Assembly: GCF_036365525.1 (NCBI RefSeq)
Contig: NC_090404.1
Span: 10,230,001 to 10,294,000, forward strand
Direction of reading: 5' to 3'
Source of the DNA: Heterodontus francisci
Lineage: Eukaryota
DNA length: 64,000 nucleotides
Made by a program: the position numbers and the translations under genes. Shown in pieces: positions 49,119 through 61,575 of this stretch. The notes beneath the pieces are model-generated. The model was not told the origin of the DNA and ran no database searches. It was given only the letters and a program-made list of their open reading frames with translations. Numbering within the stretch: position 1 is the first letter of the stretch; each line of letters opens with the position of its first letter.

Positions 49119-50228
49119 TCACTTGTGAACTCGCTGGTGTCTGAACAGGTTAGATGACAGAGTGAATCCCTTTCCACACACGGAGCAGGTGAATGACTCT
49201 CCCCAGTATGAATGTGTTCATGTATCAGTAGATCCCTTTTGCTTTGAAAACTCCTCTCAGTCAGAACATTTAAAAGATTTCTGATCAGTGTGAACAAGTT
49301 GATGTGCAGTGAGATGGGATGACTGAGTAAATCCCTTCCCACAGATGGAGCAGGTGAACGACCTCTCCCCAGTGTGAGTGCGCTGGTGTCTCAGCATGTC
49401 AGAGGAGTGAGTAAATCCCTTCCTGCAGACGCAGCAGGTGAATGGCCTCTCCCCAGTGTGAGTGCATTGGTGTACAGTCAGTTCAGATAATCGTCTGAAT
49501 CCAGTCCCACAGTGAGAGCACCTGAATGGTCTCTCATCAGTGTGAACATGTTGATGACACGTCAGTTCCACAGAACTTTTATAACACTTCCCGCAGTCTG
49601 GGCATTTAAAAGGTCTCTCGTGAGTGTGAACTCGCTGGTGTGTTAGCAGGTTGGATGATTGAGTGAATCCCTTCCCACACTCAGAGCAGGTGAATGGCCT
49701 CTCCCCGGTGTGAACCCGCTGGTGTGTCAGCAGGTTGGACAATCGCCTGAACCTCTTCCCGCAGTGAGAGCAGCTGAACGGTGTGGAACCAGTGTGAATG
49801 CGCTGGTGCTCCCTCAGTGAACATGGGCTTTTAAAGCTCTTGTCACAGTCTGAGCATTTAAACTCTCTCTCTCCAGTATGAACTCGCTGGTGTGTCTGGA
49901 GGCTGGATGACCGAGTGAATCCCTTCCCACACACGGAGCAGGTGAACGGCCTTTCACAGTGTGACTGCGCTGATGAGCTTCAAGCTAGGACAGGTAATTA
50001 AATCCCTTCCCACAGTCCCACATTCACACGGTTTCTCCCCAGTGTCACTGTGCTTGTGCCACGACAGGCCAGATGATCGGCTGAAACCTCGACCACACAA
50101 AGAACATGTGTACAGTTTCTCTCCGCTGTGTTCGGTGCTTTTCCCTTCCATGTTCAAGATCTGATGATATTCAGGTCCTGATGAATTTAGTGACTGTCAG
50201 ATCTTGATGTAAACGGGTTTCCTGTCTA
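49119..50228 (-). pseudogene. C2H2 zinc-finger pseudogene (unit 4): 8 intact central fingers, frameshifted at both ends
   Basis: [16 protein letters not shown] start, frameshifts and a TAG in finger 2 (~49950-50020), open frame 49257-49934, two further frameshifted fingers, terminal gttcacaagTGA at 49119-49121. Confidence 0.88.
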
Positions 50229-50269
50229 CAAATTTAAAATAGGAAAAAGGGAGCGCGAGAGAACCCACA

Positions 50270-50758
50270 AAAATACAAAGGCCGGTTGTGTAATTGTGAT
50301 GAATGAATTGGGTAATTTGTTGAGCCAAGACCAGAAAAAAGTTACCATGAAACCTGTTGGATTATCGTTAAAAACCCAACTAGTTTGTTAATGTCTTTCA
50401 GGGCAGGAAATCTGCCACCTGGTCCGGGCGTACGTAAGACTCTGGTATCTACAGGAGGAGTGGAGAGCGGGGAGGGTTAGGGGAGAAGGAGAGGAACTTT
50501 ATACACCTTCAACTCGACCAGAGCTTTGACAGAATCTCCCAAAACTGCAGCCTCCACCACCAAGGAGCACCTGGACAGCAGGTGCTATGGGAAAACCACC
50601 ACCTCCAAGTCACAGACATATATCACCATTCCGTCATCATCACTGGGTAAAAATCCTATAACTCCTTACCCAACAACAGAGTGTATCATCTACAAGATGC
50701 GCTGCATAAATTTGCCAACAGCACCTTCCAAATCCAAATAATCTCTACCACCTATCAT
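50270..50758 (+). mobile_element. Old tRNA-head SINE/LINE derivative in the unit-4 intron (continues at 52445-52655)
   Basis: aaaaacccaactagtttgttaatgtctttcagggcaggaaatctgcc body followed by LINE 3' sequence. Inverted counterpart at 58400-58870. Confidence 0.65.
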
Positions 50759-50759
50759 A

Positions 50760-52445
50760 CTAGAAATGCTGGGTTACACAGGGCTTAGTGAGAGAGAGGA
50801 ACTGAAAGAAATCAGTATTAGTAGAGAAATGGTGTTGGGGAAATTGATGGGATTGAAGGCCGATAAATCCCCAGGGCCTGATGGTCTGCATCCCAGAGTA
50901 CTTAAGGAAGTGGCCCGAGAAATAGTGGATGCATTGGTGGTCATCTTCCAAGATTCTATAGACTCTGGAACAGTTCCTACAGATTGGAGGGTAGCTAATG
51001 TAACCCCACTATTTAAAAAGGGTGGTAGAGAGAAAGCAGGGAATTATAAACTAGTCAGCCTGACGTTCGTAGTGGGGAAAATTCTAGAGTCCATTATCAA
51101 AGATTTTATAGCAGAGCACTTGGAGAACAGTGGTAGAATCGGACAGAGTCAGCATAGATTTACGAAAAGGAAATCATGCTTGACAAATCTACTAGAATTC
51201 TTCGAGGATGTAACTATTCGAGTTGATGAGGGGGAGCCAGTGGATGTGGTTTATTTGGACTTTCAGAAGGCTTTCGACAAAGTCCCACATAAGAGATTAG
51301 CATGTAAAACTAAAGCACATGGGATTGGAGGTAGTGTATTGCGATGGATTGAAAATTGGTTGGCAGACTGGAAACAAAGAGTAGGGATAAATGGGTCTTT
51401 TTTCGAATGGCAGGCAGTGACTAGTGGGGTACCACAGGGATCGGTGCTAGGACCCCAGCTATTCACAATATACATGAATGATTTAGATGAGGGAACTAAA
51501 TGTAATATCTCCAAATTTGCAGATGACACAAAAAAGGTGGGAGGGTGAGTTGTGAGGAGGATGCAGAGAGGCTTCAGGGTGATTTGGACAAGTTGAGTGA
51601 GTGGGCTAATGCATGGCAGCTGCAGTATAATGTGGATAAATGTGAGGTTATCCACTTTGATAGCAAAAACAGGAAGGCAGATTATTATCTGAACGGCTAT
51701 AAACAGAGAGGGGAATATGCAACGAGACCTGGGTGTTCTCGTACACCACTCGCTGAAGGTATGCATGCAGGTGCAAAGGGCGGTAAAAAAGGCAAATGGT
51801 ATGTTGGCCTTCATAGTGAGATGATTCAAGTACAGGAGCAGGGATGTCTTGCTGCAATTATATAGGGCCTTGGTGAGGCCACACCTGGAATATTGTGTGC
51901 AGTTTTGGTCTGCTTATCTGAGGAAGGATGTTCTTGCTATAGAGGGAGTGCAGCGGAGGTTTACCAGACTGATTTCTGGCATGGTGGGACTGACATATGA
52001 GGAAAGATTGAGTTGGTTAGGATTATATTCGCTGGACTTCAGAAGAGTGAGGGGGGAAATCTCATAGAAACATATAAAATTCTAACAGGACTTGACAGGG
52101 TAGATGCAGGAAGGATGTTCCCGATGGTGGGGGAATCCAGAACCAGGGGTCATCGTCTAAGGATACGGGGTAAACCTTTCAGGACTGAGATGAGGAGAAA
52201 TTTCTTCACCCAGAGAGTGGTGAACCTGTGGAATTCTTTACCACAGAAAGCAGTTGAGGCCAAAACATTGTATGTTTTCAAGAAGGTGTTAGATATAGCT
52301 CTTGGGTCTAAAGGGATCAAAGGGTATGAGGCAGAAGCGGGAACAGGTTGAATTGGATGATCAGCCATGATCATAATGAATGGCGGAGCAGGCTCAAAGG
52401 GACGAATGGCCTACTCCTGCTCCTATTTTCTATGTTTCTATGTTT
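50760..52445 (+). mobile_element. 5'-truncated CR1 LINE
   Basis: 260-aa RT ORF 50766-51548, downstream fragments, tail (ttctatgt)n. Confidence 0.93.
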
Positions 52446-52699
52446 CACCTGGAAGAACAAGGGCAGCAGATGCATGGAAACATCACCAACTGCAAGTTCC
52501 CCTCCAAGCCACACACCATCCTGACCACGACATGTATCATCATTCCTTCACTGTCTCTGGGTGAAACCCCTATAACTCCTTACTGAGCAGCATGTGTGAG
52601 TGAGTACCTTCAGCATATGGACTACAAAGGTCGATGAAGAAGGCCCATCACCATTACAGTTAAAAAGCTCGGGTTAGGCTCCAACATTACACCCAGTTC

Positions 52700-55600
52700 T
52701 GGTTGCCACACAAGATACTACAGGCACAATGTAGGCCTGTCCCCACAAAGATAAAGGTTGGTACTGCCCAATCTCGAGCCCCTTGGTTATTTAGAAGCAT
52801 ACAGGGTAAGTTAAAGCAGAAAATGAAAGCTTATGACGATCACAAAAATCTTCATACATTCGAAAGCCGAGAGGAGTATTGAAGATGCAGGGGTGAAGTA
52901 AGAAAGGAAATGAGAAAAGCAAAGAGAGGACATGAAAAATTATTGGCAGGTAAAATCAAGGAAAACCCCAAGATATTTTATCAGTACATTAGGAGCAAGA
53001 GGATAACTAAGGAAAGGTTAGGGCCTTTTGCAGATGTATAAGGGAATTTATACGTGGATGCAGATGATGTGGGCAGGGTTCTTAATGAGTTTTTTGTCTC
53101 TGTCTTCACAAAGGAGAGGGTTGATGTAGACATTGTAGTTAAAGAGGAGGATTGTGAAATATTAGATATGATAAGCATAATGAGAGAGGACGTACTAGAG
53201 GGTCTGACATCCTTGAAAGTGGATAAATCACCAGGGCTGGATGGTCTGCATCCCAGATTGTTAAAGGAAGCCAGGGAGGAAATAACGGATGCGCTGAGGA
53301 TCATCTTCAAATCCTCACTAGTTACAGGAGGTACCAGACAATTGGAGGCCTGTGAATGTTGTACCATGGTTTAAAAAGGATGCAAGGGATAGGCCAAATA
53401 ATTATAGACTGGTCAATCTGACCTTGGTGGTGGGTAAATTGTTAGACTCTATTCTGAAGGACAGGATAAACTGCCAATTGGAAAGGCACGGATTAATCAG
53501 GGATAGTCAGCATGGATTTGTTAAGCGAAGGTCATGTCTTACTAACTTAATTGAGTTTTTTGAGGAAGTAACAAGAAGGATTGATGAGGGTAGTGCAGCG
53601 GATGTGGTCTACCTGGACTTTAGTAAGGCATTTGACAAGGTCCCACATGGCAGACTGGTCAGTAAAATGAAAGCCCATGGGATATAGGGGAATGTGGCAG
53701 GGTGGATCCAGAATTGGCTCAGGGCCAGGAAACAAAGGTTAGTAGTCATCATAATAAAAACAAGAAATGCTGGAACCACTCAGCAGGTCTGGCAGCATCT
53801 GTGGAAAGAGAAGCAGAGTTAACGTTGCGGGTCAGTGACCCTTCTTCGGAACTGACAAATATTAGAAAAGTCACAGATTATAAGCAAGTGAGGTGGGGGG
53901 TGGGGCAAGAGATAACAAAGGAGGTCTAGATTGGACCAGGCCACATAGCTGACCAAAAGGTCACGGAGCAAAGGCAAACAATATGTTAATGGTGTGTTGA
54001 AAGACAAAGCATTAGTGCAGATTAGGTGTAAATACCCTGAATATTGAACAGCAGCAAGTGCAAACCTGAAAAAAAAACAGTGGGTAAGCAATCTGAACAA
54101 ACTAAGATGAAATAAAATAAATGCAAAAAAAAGGTTTGTAAAAAATGTAAAAAAGAATGTAAAAAAAAAAGGAAGAAAAAAATAACTAAAAATGAAAGTA
54201 AAATGGGGGGCTGTCATGCTCTGAAATGATTGAACTCAATGTTCAGTCCGGCAGGCTGTAGTGTGCCTAATCGGTAAATGAGATGCTGTTCCTCGAGCTT
54301 GCGTTGATGTTAGTAGTCGTCAGATGTTTTTGTGAATGGAAAGCTGTTTCCAGTGGCGTTCCACAGGCTCAGTGTTGGGTCCCTTGCTGTTTGTGGGTAT
54401 ATATTAATGATGTGGATTTAAATGTGGGAGGCAGGATTGGGAAATTTGCTGATGACACAAAACTTGGCTGTATAGTTGATAGTGAAGAGGATAGCCGTAG
54501 TTCTAGAAAGATATCAATGGTTTGGTTGAGTGGGTGGAAAAGTGGCAAATGGAATTCAATCCAGAAAAGTGTGAGGTAATGCATTTGGGAAGGGCAAATA
54601 AAGCAAGGGAATACACAATAAACATTGAGGATACTGAGTGGGGTAGAAGAAGTGAGAGACCTTGGAGTGCATGTCCACAGGTCCTTGAAGGTGGCAGGAC
54701 AGGTAGATAGAGTGGTGAAGAAGGCATATGGATTTTATCGGCCGAGGTACAGAAATCAAAAGCAGGGATGTAATGCTGGAACTGTATAAAAAGCTGGTTA
54801 GGCCACAGTTGGAGTATTGCGTACAGTTCTGGTCACCACATTACAGAAAGGACATAATTGCTCTGGAGAGAGTACAGAGGAGATTTACAAAAATGTTGCC
54901 AGGGCTCAAAAGTTGCAGCTATGAGAAAAGATTGGACAGGCTAGGGTTGTTTTCCTTCAAACAGAGGAAGCTGAGGGGTGACTTAATAGACGTGTACAAA
55001 ATTATGAGGGGCCTCGATAGAGTAGACAGGAAGGACCTGTTTCCCCTAGCGGAGAGGTCAATTACCAGGGGGCACAGATTTAAGGTGATTGGCAGACTGA
55101 TTACAGGGGACATGAGGAAAAACTTTTTCACCCAGAGGGTGGTGGGTGTCTGGAATTCACTGCCAGGAACAATGGTGAAGGCAGAAACCCTCAATTCTTT
55201 TAAAAGGTACCTGGACATGCACCTGAAGTGCTGTAACCGACAAGGCTATGGACCAAGCGCTGGAAGGTGGGATAAAATTGGGTGGCTATTTTTTTTCTGG
55301 CCGGCATGGGCATGACAGGCTGAATGGCCTCCTTTGGTGCTGTATTTTTTCTATGGTTCTATGAGGGGTTTGTCCTATGATGAGAAGCTGAGTGAATTGG
55401 GCCTATATTCTCTGGAGTTTAATAGAATGAGAGGTGATCTAATTGAGACATACACGATTCTGAAAGGGCTTGATAGAGTAGAAGCTGAGAGATTGTTCCC
55501 ACTGGTCAGAGAATCTAGAACACAGGGACACAGTCTCAGGATAAGGGGTCAATCATTCAGGACTGAGATGAGGAGAAATTACTTCACTCAAGGGTTGTGA

Positions 55601-56190
55601 ATCTTTGGAATTCACTACCCCATATGGTTGTGGATGCTCCATCATTCAATACATTTAAGGCTGGAATAGATAGATTTTTGGTCTCGCAGGGAATTAAGGA
55701 CTCTGGGGAGTGGGCAGGAAAGTGGAATTGAAGCCCAAGATCAGCCATGATCATATTGAATGGTGGAGCAGGCTTGATGGGCCATATGGTCTACTTCTGC
55801 TCCTATTTCGTGTGTTCTCAGTAGAGCAAAAAGGGTAAACAGGAGGTGCGCAGAGGTGTTCAGAATCATGAACAGTTTTGATAGGCTAAATAAGGGGAAA
55901 ATGTTTCTCGTAGTAGAAGGACTGGTAACCAGAGGACACAGATTTAAGGCGATTAACAGCGAAGCTGACGAGACATGTGGAATCAGTTTCTATGCAGTGA
56001 GTTGTGATCTGGAAAGCACTGCCCGAAAGGGTGGAGGAAGCAGATTCAATAGTAACATTCAAGAGAGAGTGAATATATAGTTGAAGGGAAGAGATGTCCA
56101 AGGCTATGAGTAAACAGCAGGGCAGTGGGACTAATTTGACAGCTCTACTAAAGAGCTGCCACTCGCAAGATGGGCCAAATATTTCCTTAG
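52700..56190 (+). mobile_element. Tandem CR1 fragments: 52700-55360, 55360-55820, 55820-56190
   Basis: RT motifs in ORFs 53054-53687 and 54728-55315, with three successive CR1 3' tails. Confidence 0.9.
53751..54310 (-). mobile_element. Young Penelope-like 3' fragment (GIY-YIG C-terminus, 3' region, hammerhead-type tail) nested in CR1
   Basis: rc encodes RKLEEQHLIYRLGTLQPAGLNIEFN as at 43410-43495. Tail nearly identical to 16588-16689. Flanked by ttagtagtc repeats. Confidence 0.9.
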
Positions 56191-56314
56191 CTGCTGGACC
56201 AACTGAGGATAATGGCGGCTGATCCTACCCAGAATGCTCCATACAGTAGAATACAGCCTATATCCTTCAGCAGGGATGTAACGCGCAGGCTTGGATTTTT
56301 CTTCTTTTCTTCTC

Positions 56315-56500
56315 CTGAAGGTGCTGTGCGCTGGTGGGTTCAGTCCCAGTCACTGTTTACCCACCAGCACCTTGCCAAGTGATATTTCTGAGCTTGTGAT
56401 CCTATACTGAAGGTGCTGTGTGATGGTGGAGTTCAGTCCCAGTCACTGTTTACCCTGCAGCACCTTGCCTAGTGGTAATTCTGAGCTTGTGATCCTGCGC
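56315..56500. repeat. 2 x 92-bp tandem duplication with internal hairpin
   Basis: ctgaaggtgctgtg at 56315 and 56407. Inverted arms gctggtgggt / acccaccagc and aaggtgctg / cagcacctt. Confidence 0.85.
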
Positions 56501-56585
56501 TGTCAGCATTTGAACCATGGGGAGCAGCTCAGCCGCCGTCCCTGGCCGATTCTGTTTGGCAAAGCTGAGGCCAATGGTAGCACAC

Positions 56586-56880
56586 CAACAACAACTTGTA
56601 TTTACATAGCACCTTCAATGTAGTGAAACATTCCAAAGTGCTTCACAAAAATGTAATCAGTTAAAAATTGACACCAAGCCAAAGAAGGAGACATTAGGAC
56701 ATGTGGCAAAAAACTTGGTCAACGATCTTAGGACCAAGGTAACCAATGGTGGGGTGAAGGAAGTGGAGAGTGGTCAGAGATGGAGAAACATTGGCAAGTT
56801 ATAGGCCTGGAGGAGATTACAGAGACAGGGAGGGACAAGGTCAAGGAGGGAATTGAACAAACGAGGGAGAAATTTAAAGG
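56586..56880 (-). mobile_element. L2 LINE 3' fragment
   Basis: (caa)n tail followed by cttgtatttacatagcaccttcaatgtag...ccaaagtgcttcaca, the reverse complement of the L2-type tail. Confidence 0.7.
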
Positions 56881-57139
56881 CTGAAATCACCAGCCATGTT
56901 CCTCAGTACAGAATGTCACTCATTGCGAGAGGAAAGATGTAACTTTAACTAATAAAAGTGCAGAAAGGTAAGACACTGTCCCTCTAAATATCACAAATAG
57001 ATACATAATGAGGAAAAGTCAATCTCCATATCATTAACTAACAGTGAGATATGAACAGATGTCAGTATTTCTATGTTTATGTTAAACATCTGGTCCACAA
57101 AGCACCGAAGTGTCTGAAACTCAAAACAGGAACACCGGG

Positions 57140-57480
57140 GGAAAAAAATACTGACAAATGATAAACTGCTTTGTTGACAAAAGAAATATTGATTTAATTT
57201 TTAAAAGATAAATTGTTTTACAGGGCTTCACACTGACTTACCTGACTGGCAGACTCAGGTTGCACCCCTCAAACACTGCGATTGGTTACAGAAGCCGCTG
57301 CTCCCTTGGCCCTCTGGCCTCTAAGCTCTCTTCCTGTTGGTTCCCCGGACAATCAATCAGCACTTGGCAACATTACACGACCAAATGGAGTTCAGGGGCT
57401 CAGAGGAAGAAAAAAAATATGAGGCCATTGAGAGAAACATGATTCAATTTATAATCGAAACTTATTTCAAGTCAAATGTT
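57140..57480. repeat. Conserved promoter-flanking module, paralogous to 7845-8180
   Basis: See 7845-8180. Minus-strand donor-like CAG|GTAAGT at 57241. Confidence 0.85.
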
Positions 57481-57569
57481 ACAAATAATATATTAGTTTT
57501 GAATGACACCGATGCGGAATGGGAGTGGATAATGTTCATTGTTTGATACCATTGTATTTTGCTATGATT

Positions 57570-58095
57570 ATGACGCACGAACTTCACCTCCAGGCAATCA
57601 GGTAGAAATGGTGGATGATCCTATCCAGAGCTCTCCGCGCGAAAGAATATGGCTTATCTTCATCAGAAGGTTCGCAAGGCGCAGGCGCAGGAAGGGTCCG
57701 CTTCCGGAGATGGCTTGTCTAAGCGGGGCGGCTCCAGGAAGCAGAGCGGGGGCGAGCGCAGAATCAGAAATACCGAGTCTCAGAGACTCTCAGACCCCGA
57801 ATTAGAGCCGTCGGGCCCAGCGGATATGTGGTGAAGGCCCCAAGAGGTTGGGATGCACCGTTAAACCGATGGTGCAGCGCCTCCCCGATCCGACCCGCCG
57901 CTTCCCGGTTTCTCCCGTTTCCATCGAGTCCGACTCGCAACAAAGGACAGAATCGAGGCCGCCCAAGAATGCCCTGTGCCTGGACTTAGGGAGCATGCGC
58001 ACTCATAACACCTGGAGAAATCAACGCTTTAGATAGAGCGATTTCTAGTGGGCAGAGAATTGTGGGACCTACGATCGCCATTAGTCAGTAACTGT
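57570..58095. promoter_or_regulatory. CpG-island promoter between divergent units 4 (-) and 5 (+)
   Basis: High CpG content, cttccgg ETS-type core, GC boxes, GCATGCGCA ~57993. Candidate + donor CT|GTAAGT at 58094 and acceptor ttttaCAG at 58916. Confidence 0.7.
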
Positions 58096-58109
58096 AAGTG
58101 TTTATTGCG

Positions 58110-58243
58110 GGCTGACGAAAGGTCAGCGACCTGAAACGTTTACTTTATATTTCTCTCCACAGATGCTGCCTGTCCTGCTGCGTATTTAGAGCATTTCTCT
58201 TTTTATTTCAGATTTCTAGTATCTGCAATATTTTGCTTTTGTT
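58110..58243 (+). mobile_element. Penelope terminal fragment with hammerhead core
   Basis: CTGACGA a AGGTC agc GACCT GAAACGTT (58112-58140), then ctctccacagatgctgcc...tttttatttcagatttc. Confidence 0.8.
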
Positions 58244-59023
58244 TGATTCCAGACTTTGCTCACAGAACCGAGTCTAGAAACACAGATGGACCCAATAATA
58301 TCCGTATTGCAAGTTGGAAAAAATATTTCTGCGCAGGCATTTAATCCATTTTAGATATTGAGCTATTTAAAATTGATTGTTAGGATACGGGTGTCACAAG
58401 CAAGACCATCTGCTTGGGCTGCCTTCATCAACTGCTGCAGGCCGTGTGGTGAAGGTACTCCCACAATGCTGTTAGGTAAGGAGTTACTGCATTTTCACCC
58501 AGCGACAATGAACGGTGATATTTGTCCAAGTCAGGATAGTGTGTCTTGGAGGGGAACTTGGAGGTGATGGTGTTGCATTACATCTGCTGCCCTTATCCTT
58601 CGAGCTGCTGGAGGTTGCGGGTGTGGGAGGTTCTGTCAAACTTCTTGTCGAGTTGTATATGCATAAATTTCCTCTCCACCACTGCTCCCCCTCCTATCTA
58701 TTTCTTTTATTCCACTGAGTCTTTTGTAGGCCCAGACCGGGTGGCAGGCTCCCTTTTCTGAAGGACATTAGTGAACCAGTTGGGTTATTAATGACAATAC
58801 AGCAGCTTTCATGGTTGCTTTTTCTCGTGCTGGCTCCACAAATTCCATCAGTTCAATTTCACAACCTGCTTTTGTCCTTCACACTCCCTGTCACTTATTT
58901 TAAATTCATTTTACAGGGTATTAGAAGAGGAGGATTTGCGGACAGGAACCTCAAACAAAACATTAAATCAAGATCTGACAGTCACTCGATTCATCAGGAC
59001 GTGAATATGATGGGCCTTTGAAC

Positions 59024-59893
59024 ATGGAAGCAAAGAACCCCATTCACAGTGGGGAGAAACCGTTCACATGTTCTGTGTGTGGACGAGGCTTCAGCCGATC
59101 GTCCAACCTGGAGAGACACAAATGCAGTCAAATGGGGCAGAAACCGAGAAAATGTGGGGACTGTGGGAAAGGATTCAATTACCCATCTGAGCTAGAAATT
59201 CATCAACGTAGTCACTCTGGGGAGAGGCCATTCACCTGCTCCGTGTGTGGGAAGGGATTCACTAAGTCATCCCACCTTCTGAGACACCAACGAGTTCACA
59301 CTGGGGAGAGACCATTCACCTGCTCTGTGTGTGGGAAGAGATTCACTAACTCATCCCACCTCCTGACACACCATCGTGTTCACACTGAGGAGAGACCTTT
59401 TAAATGTTCTGACTGTGAGAAGAATTATAAAAGGAAAAATGATCTACTGACACACCAACGCACTCACACTGGGGAGAGACCGTACAGCTGCTCTCAGTGT
59501 GGGAAGGGATTTACCCGTTCATTCGACCTTCTGACACACCAACTTATTCACTCTGATAAAAAGCCGTTTAAATGTTCTGAATGTGAGAAGAGCTTTAAAA
59601 GCACAGAGGATCTGATACAACACCAACACACACACACCAGGAAGAGACCTTTCACCTGCTCTTTATGTGGCAAAGGTTTCACTTGGATGTCCTACCTGCT
59701 TAATCACCAGCGGAGTCACTCCGGGGAGAGGCCGTTCACCTGCTCTGTGTGTGGGAAGGGATTCACTCAGTCATCCACACTGCTGACACACCAGCGAGTT
59801 CACACTGGGGAGAGGCCATTCTCTTGCTCCACATGTGGGAAGAGATTCAGTCGTTCATCCACCCTGCTGAGGCACCAGCGAGTTCACATGTGA
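59024..59893 (+). CDS. Intact C2H2 zinc-finger protein (unit 5): 1 degenerate + 9 canonical fingers, no effector domain
   Basis: ATG in aacATGg context at 59024, uninterrupted frame to the TGA at 59891-59893, family trailer follows to ~60050. Confidence 0.92.
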   Translation: MEAKNPIHSGEKPFTCSVCGRGFSRSSNLERHKCSQMGQKPRKCGDCGKGFNYPSELEIHQRSHSGERPFTCSVCGKGFTKSSHLLRHQRVHTGERPFTCSVCGKRFTNSSHLLTHHRVHTEERPFKCSDCEKNYKRKNDLLTHQRTHTGERPYSCSQCGKGFTRSFDLLTHQLIHSDKKPFKCSECEKSFKSTEDLIQHQHTHTRKRPFTCSLCGKGFTWMSYLLNHQRSHSGERPFTCSVCGKGFTQSSTLLTHQRVHTGERPFSCSTCGKRFSRSSTLLRHQRVHM

Positions 59894-60109
59894 CGACAGG
59901 TGTTGGATTCTGCTGTTATTGCTGCTGTTAATCACATTCAGGATCGAACCACATTCATTCTGACAATTGGAATTTATTTCTGTGATAATAACCCCTAAAA
60001 CTGGGCTGGACATTGATATTCTGTATAAATATTGATTTTGGAACACACAGTGTGTGGAGTATTTGATTTCTCCATGATAAGAGGAGACTAATTGATGTTC
60101 TGTTTCATT

Positions 60110-61270
60110 TTTGGACCTTTTTTTACTCTCAGTTATTTCAGTTCTCATCGAGTTCACCTTCTACCACATCAAACCCCAAGCTTTCATCATTCCTATCAAC
60201 CTATTGAAGACATTTGATGGTTGCTGGAATCCACCTGATGTTGGTGTCATTGCCTTTTGGAAGGTTTCCCAGTCTGTTTTTTTGAAATTCCATCGTGGTT
60301 CTGGTATTGATGTAATGACAGGAGTTTCAATGCCAATGGTGATGATTGAGGGCCTGTGTTAACTGTTGGGGAATTTGTCAGGAACAGTTCTGGAGGTGAT
60401 GATTGGGTTCCTTTTGCTATCTTTGGAGAGGAAACATAGATCTGGGTTATATTCTCCCTGCCAACTTGAGGAATGGAATATACCTCAACCCTTGGCATCA
60501 AAAAGGAGAAATTATTCTCTAGTGAAGCCCACTGTACAATTGCTTCTCCATTATAGTCGATGTCTACATTGCCCCAGATTATGTGGTGGATTTTAAAGTC
60601 TCTGAGATGGATTGATGGATGGTGATGAAGAGGGAGCAGTGGGTCAGGTCATTGTATGAGTGGTGGTTTGGAGACATTGGAGATTGTTCACTCTCCTACG
60701 TGTATTGTTGTGGTGAAAACTCCAGCAATACTGGGTCTGCGATCCTTTGTTTGATGTAATAGGCCTGGCCTATTGGGATGGTCATTGAAAACAGTTAGGT
60801 CAAATCCTGTAATATATCTACTTGTGTTGAACTAGAGGATGTGTTCGATGTGTGTTTCTTGAAGAACCAGGACATCAACCCTGAGTAAACAACAACAACT
60901 TATATTTATATAGCACCTTTAACTTAATAAAATGTCCCAAGGTGCTTCACAGAGGCATTATAAAAAATCTCTGACACTTAAGGAGATATTAGATCAGATG
61001 ACCAAAAGCTTGGTCAGAAGGATAGGTTTTAATGAGTGTCATAAAGGAGGAAAGAGAGGCGGGGAGGTGTTGGGAGGGTAACCTTTGGAGACATTGGCAT
61101 TTTGTGTGAGATATGCCTTCGATGTTAAGTTGACAGATTCGGGTGGTTGGCCAGACATGTGGTTTTCTCTGGTCCTGAAGAGGAGAGTTTCATTTGCTCA
61201 ATTTGCTGCTGTCACCAGGAGGTTGATTTAACAAGTTCGGTGTCCTTCGAGATGATGTTAGTTGTGATCT
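60110..61270 (-). mobile_element. Vingi/Ingi-like LINE 5' part (APE endonuclease), decayed
   Basis: Manual reverse translation gives ICQLNIEGISHTK (~61140), VDVLVLQETH (~60880), WQGEYNPDLCF, HRPSII and PRWNFKKTDW (~60290). Confidence 0.72.
60887..61080 (-). mobile_element. L2 LINE 3' fragment
   Basis: (caa)n tail followed by cttatatttatatagcacctttaac...cccaaggtgcttcacag, same family as 56586. Confidence 0.72.
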
Positions 61271-61279
61271 AAGATGATG

Positions 61280-61575
61280 GAACAGGGTGAGCCACGAGAA
61301 GGCTGTCATCGTCCAACCGAGAACAGCCTCAGACCCGGTCATGGTGACGGCTGCCACCTTCTCCATAGCAGGAAGATTAAAGCATCTCCATCATGGGACT
61401 GCGGAGCTCCTAAACAGACCCTGGAGAACATTGTCAAACGCTGTCCTCAGAGGAGATTCACAGGCAGCCTACACCATATCCACACTGTTACACCGGAAGC
61501 TTTGGCCTGGATTTCTGACTCAGATATTGATATTTAATGTGGTTTTTGGTTTGACCATACAAAAGAATAAGAAAC
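61280..61575 (+). mobile_element. Vingi/Ingi-like LINE 3' end
   Basis: NSLRPGHG...SPSWDCGAPKQTLENIVKRCP.RRF.G...EALAWI..DIDI-stop (CCHC-knuckle remnant), short UTR and A-rich tail. Confidence 0.7.
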
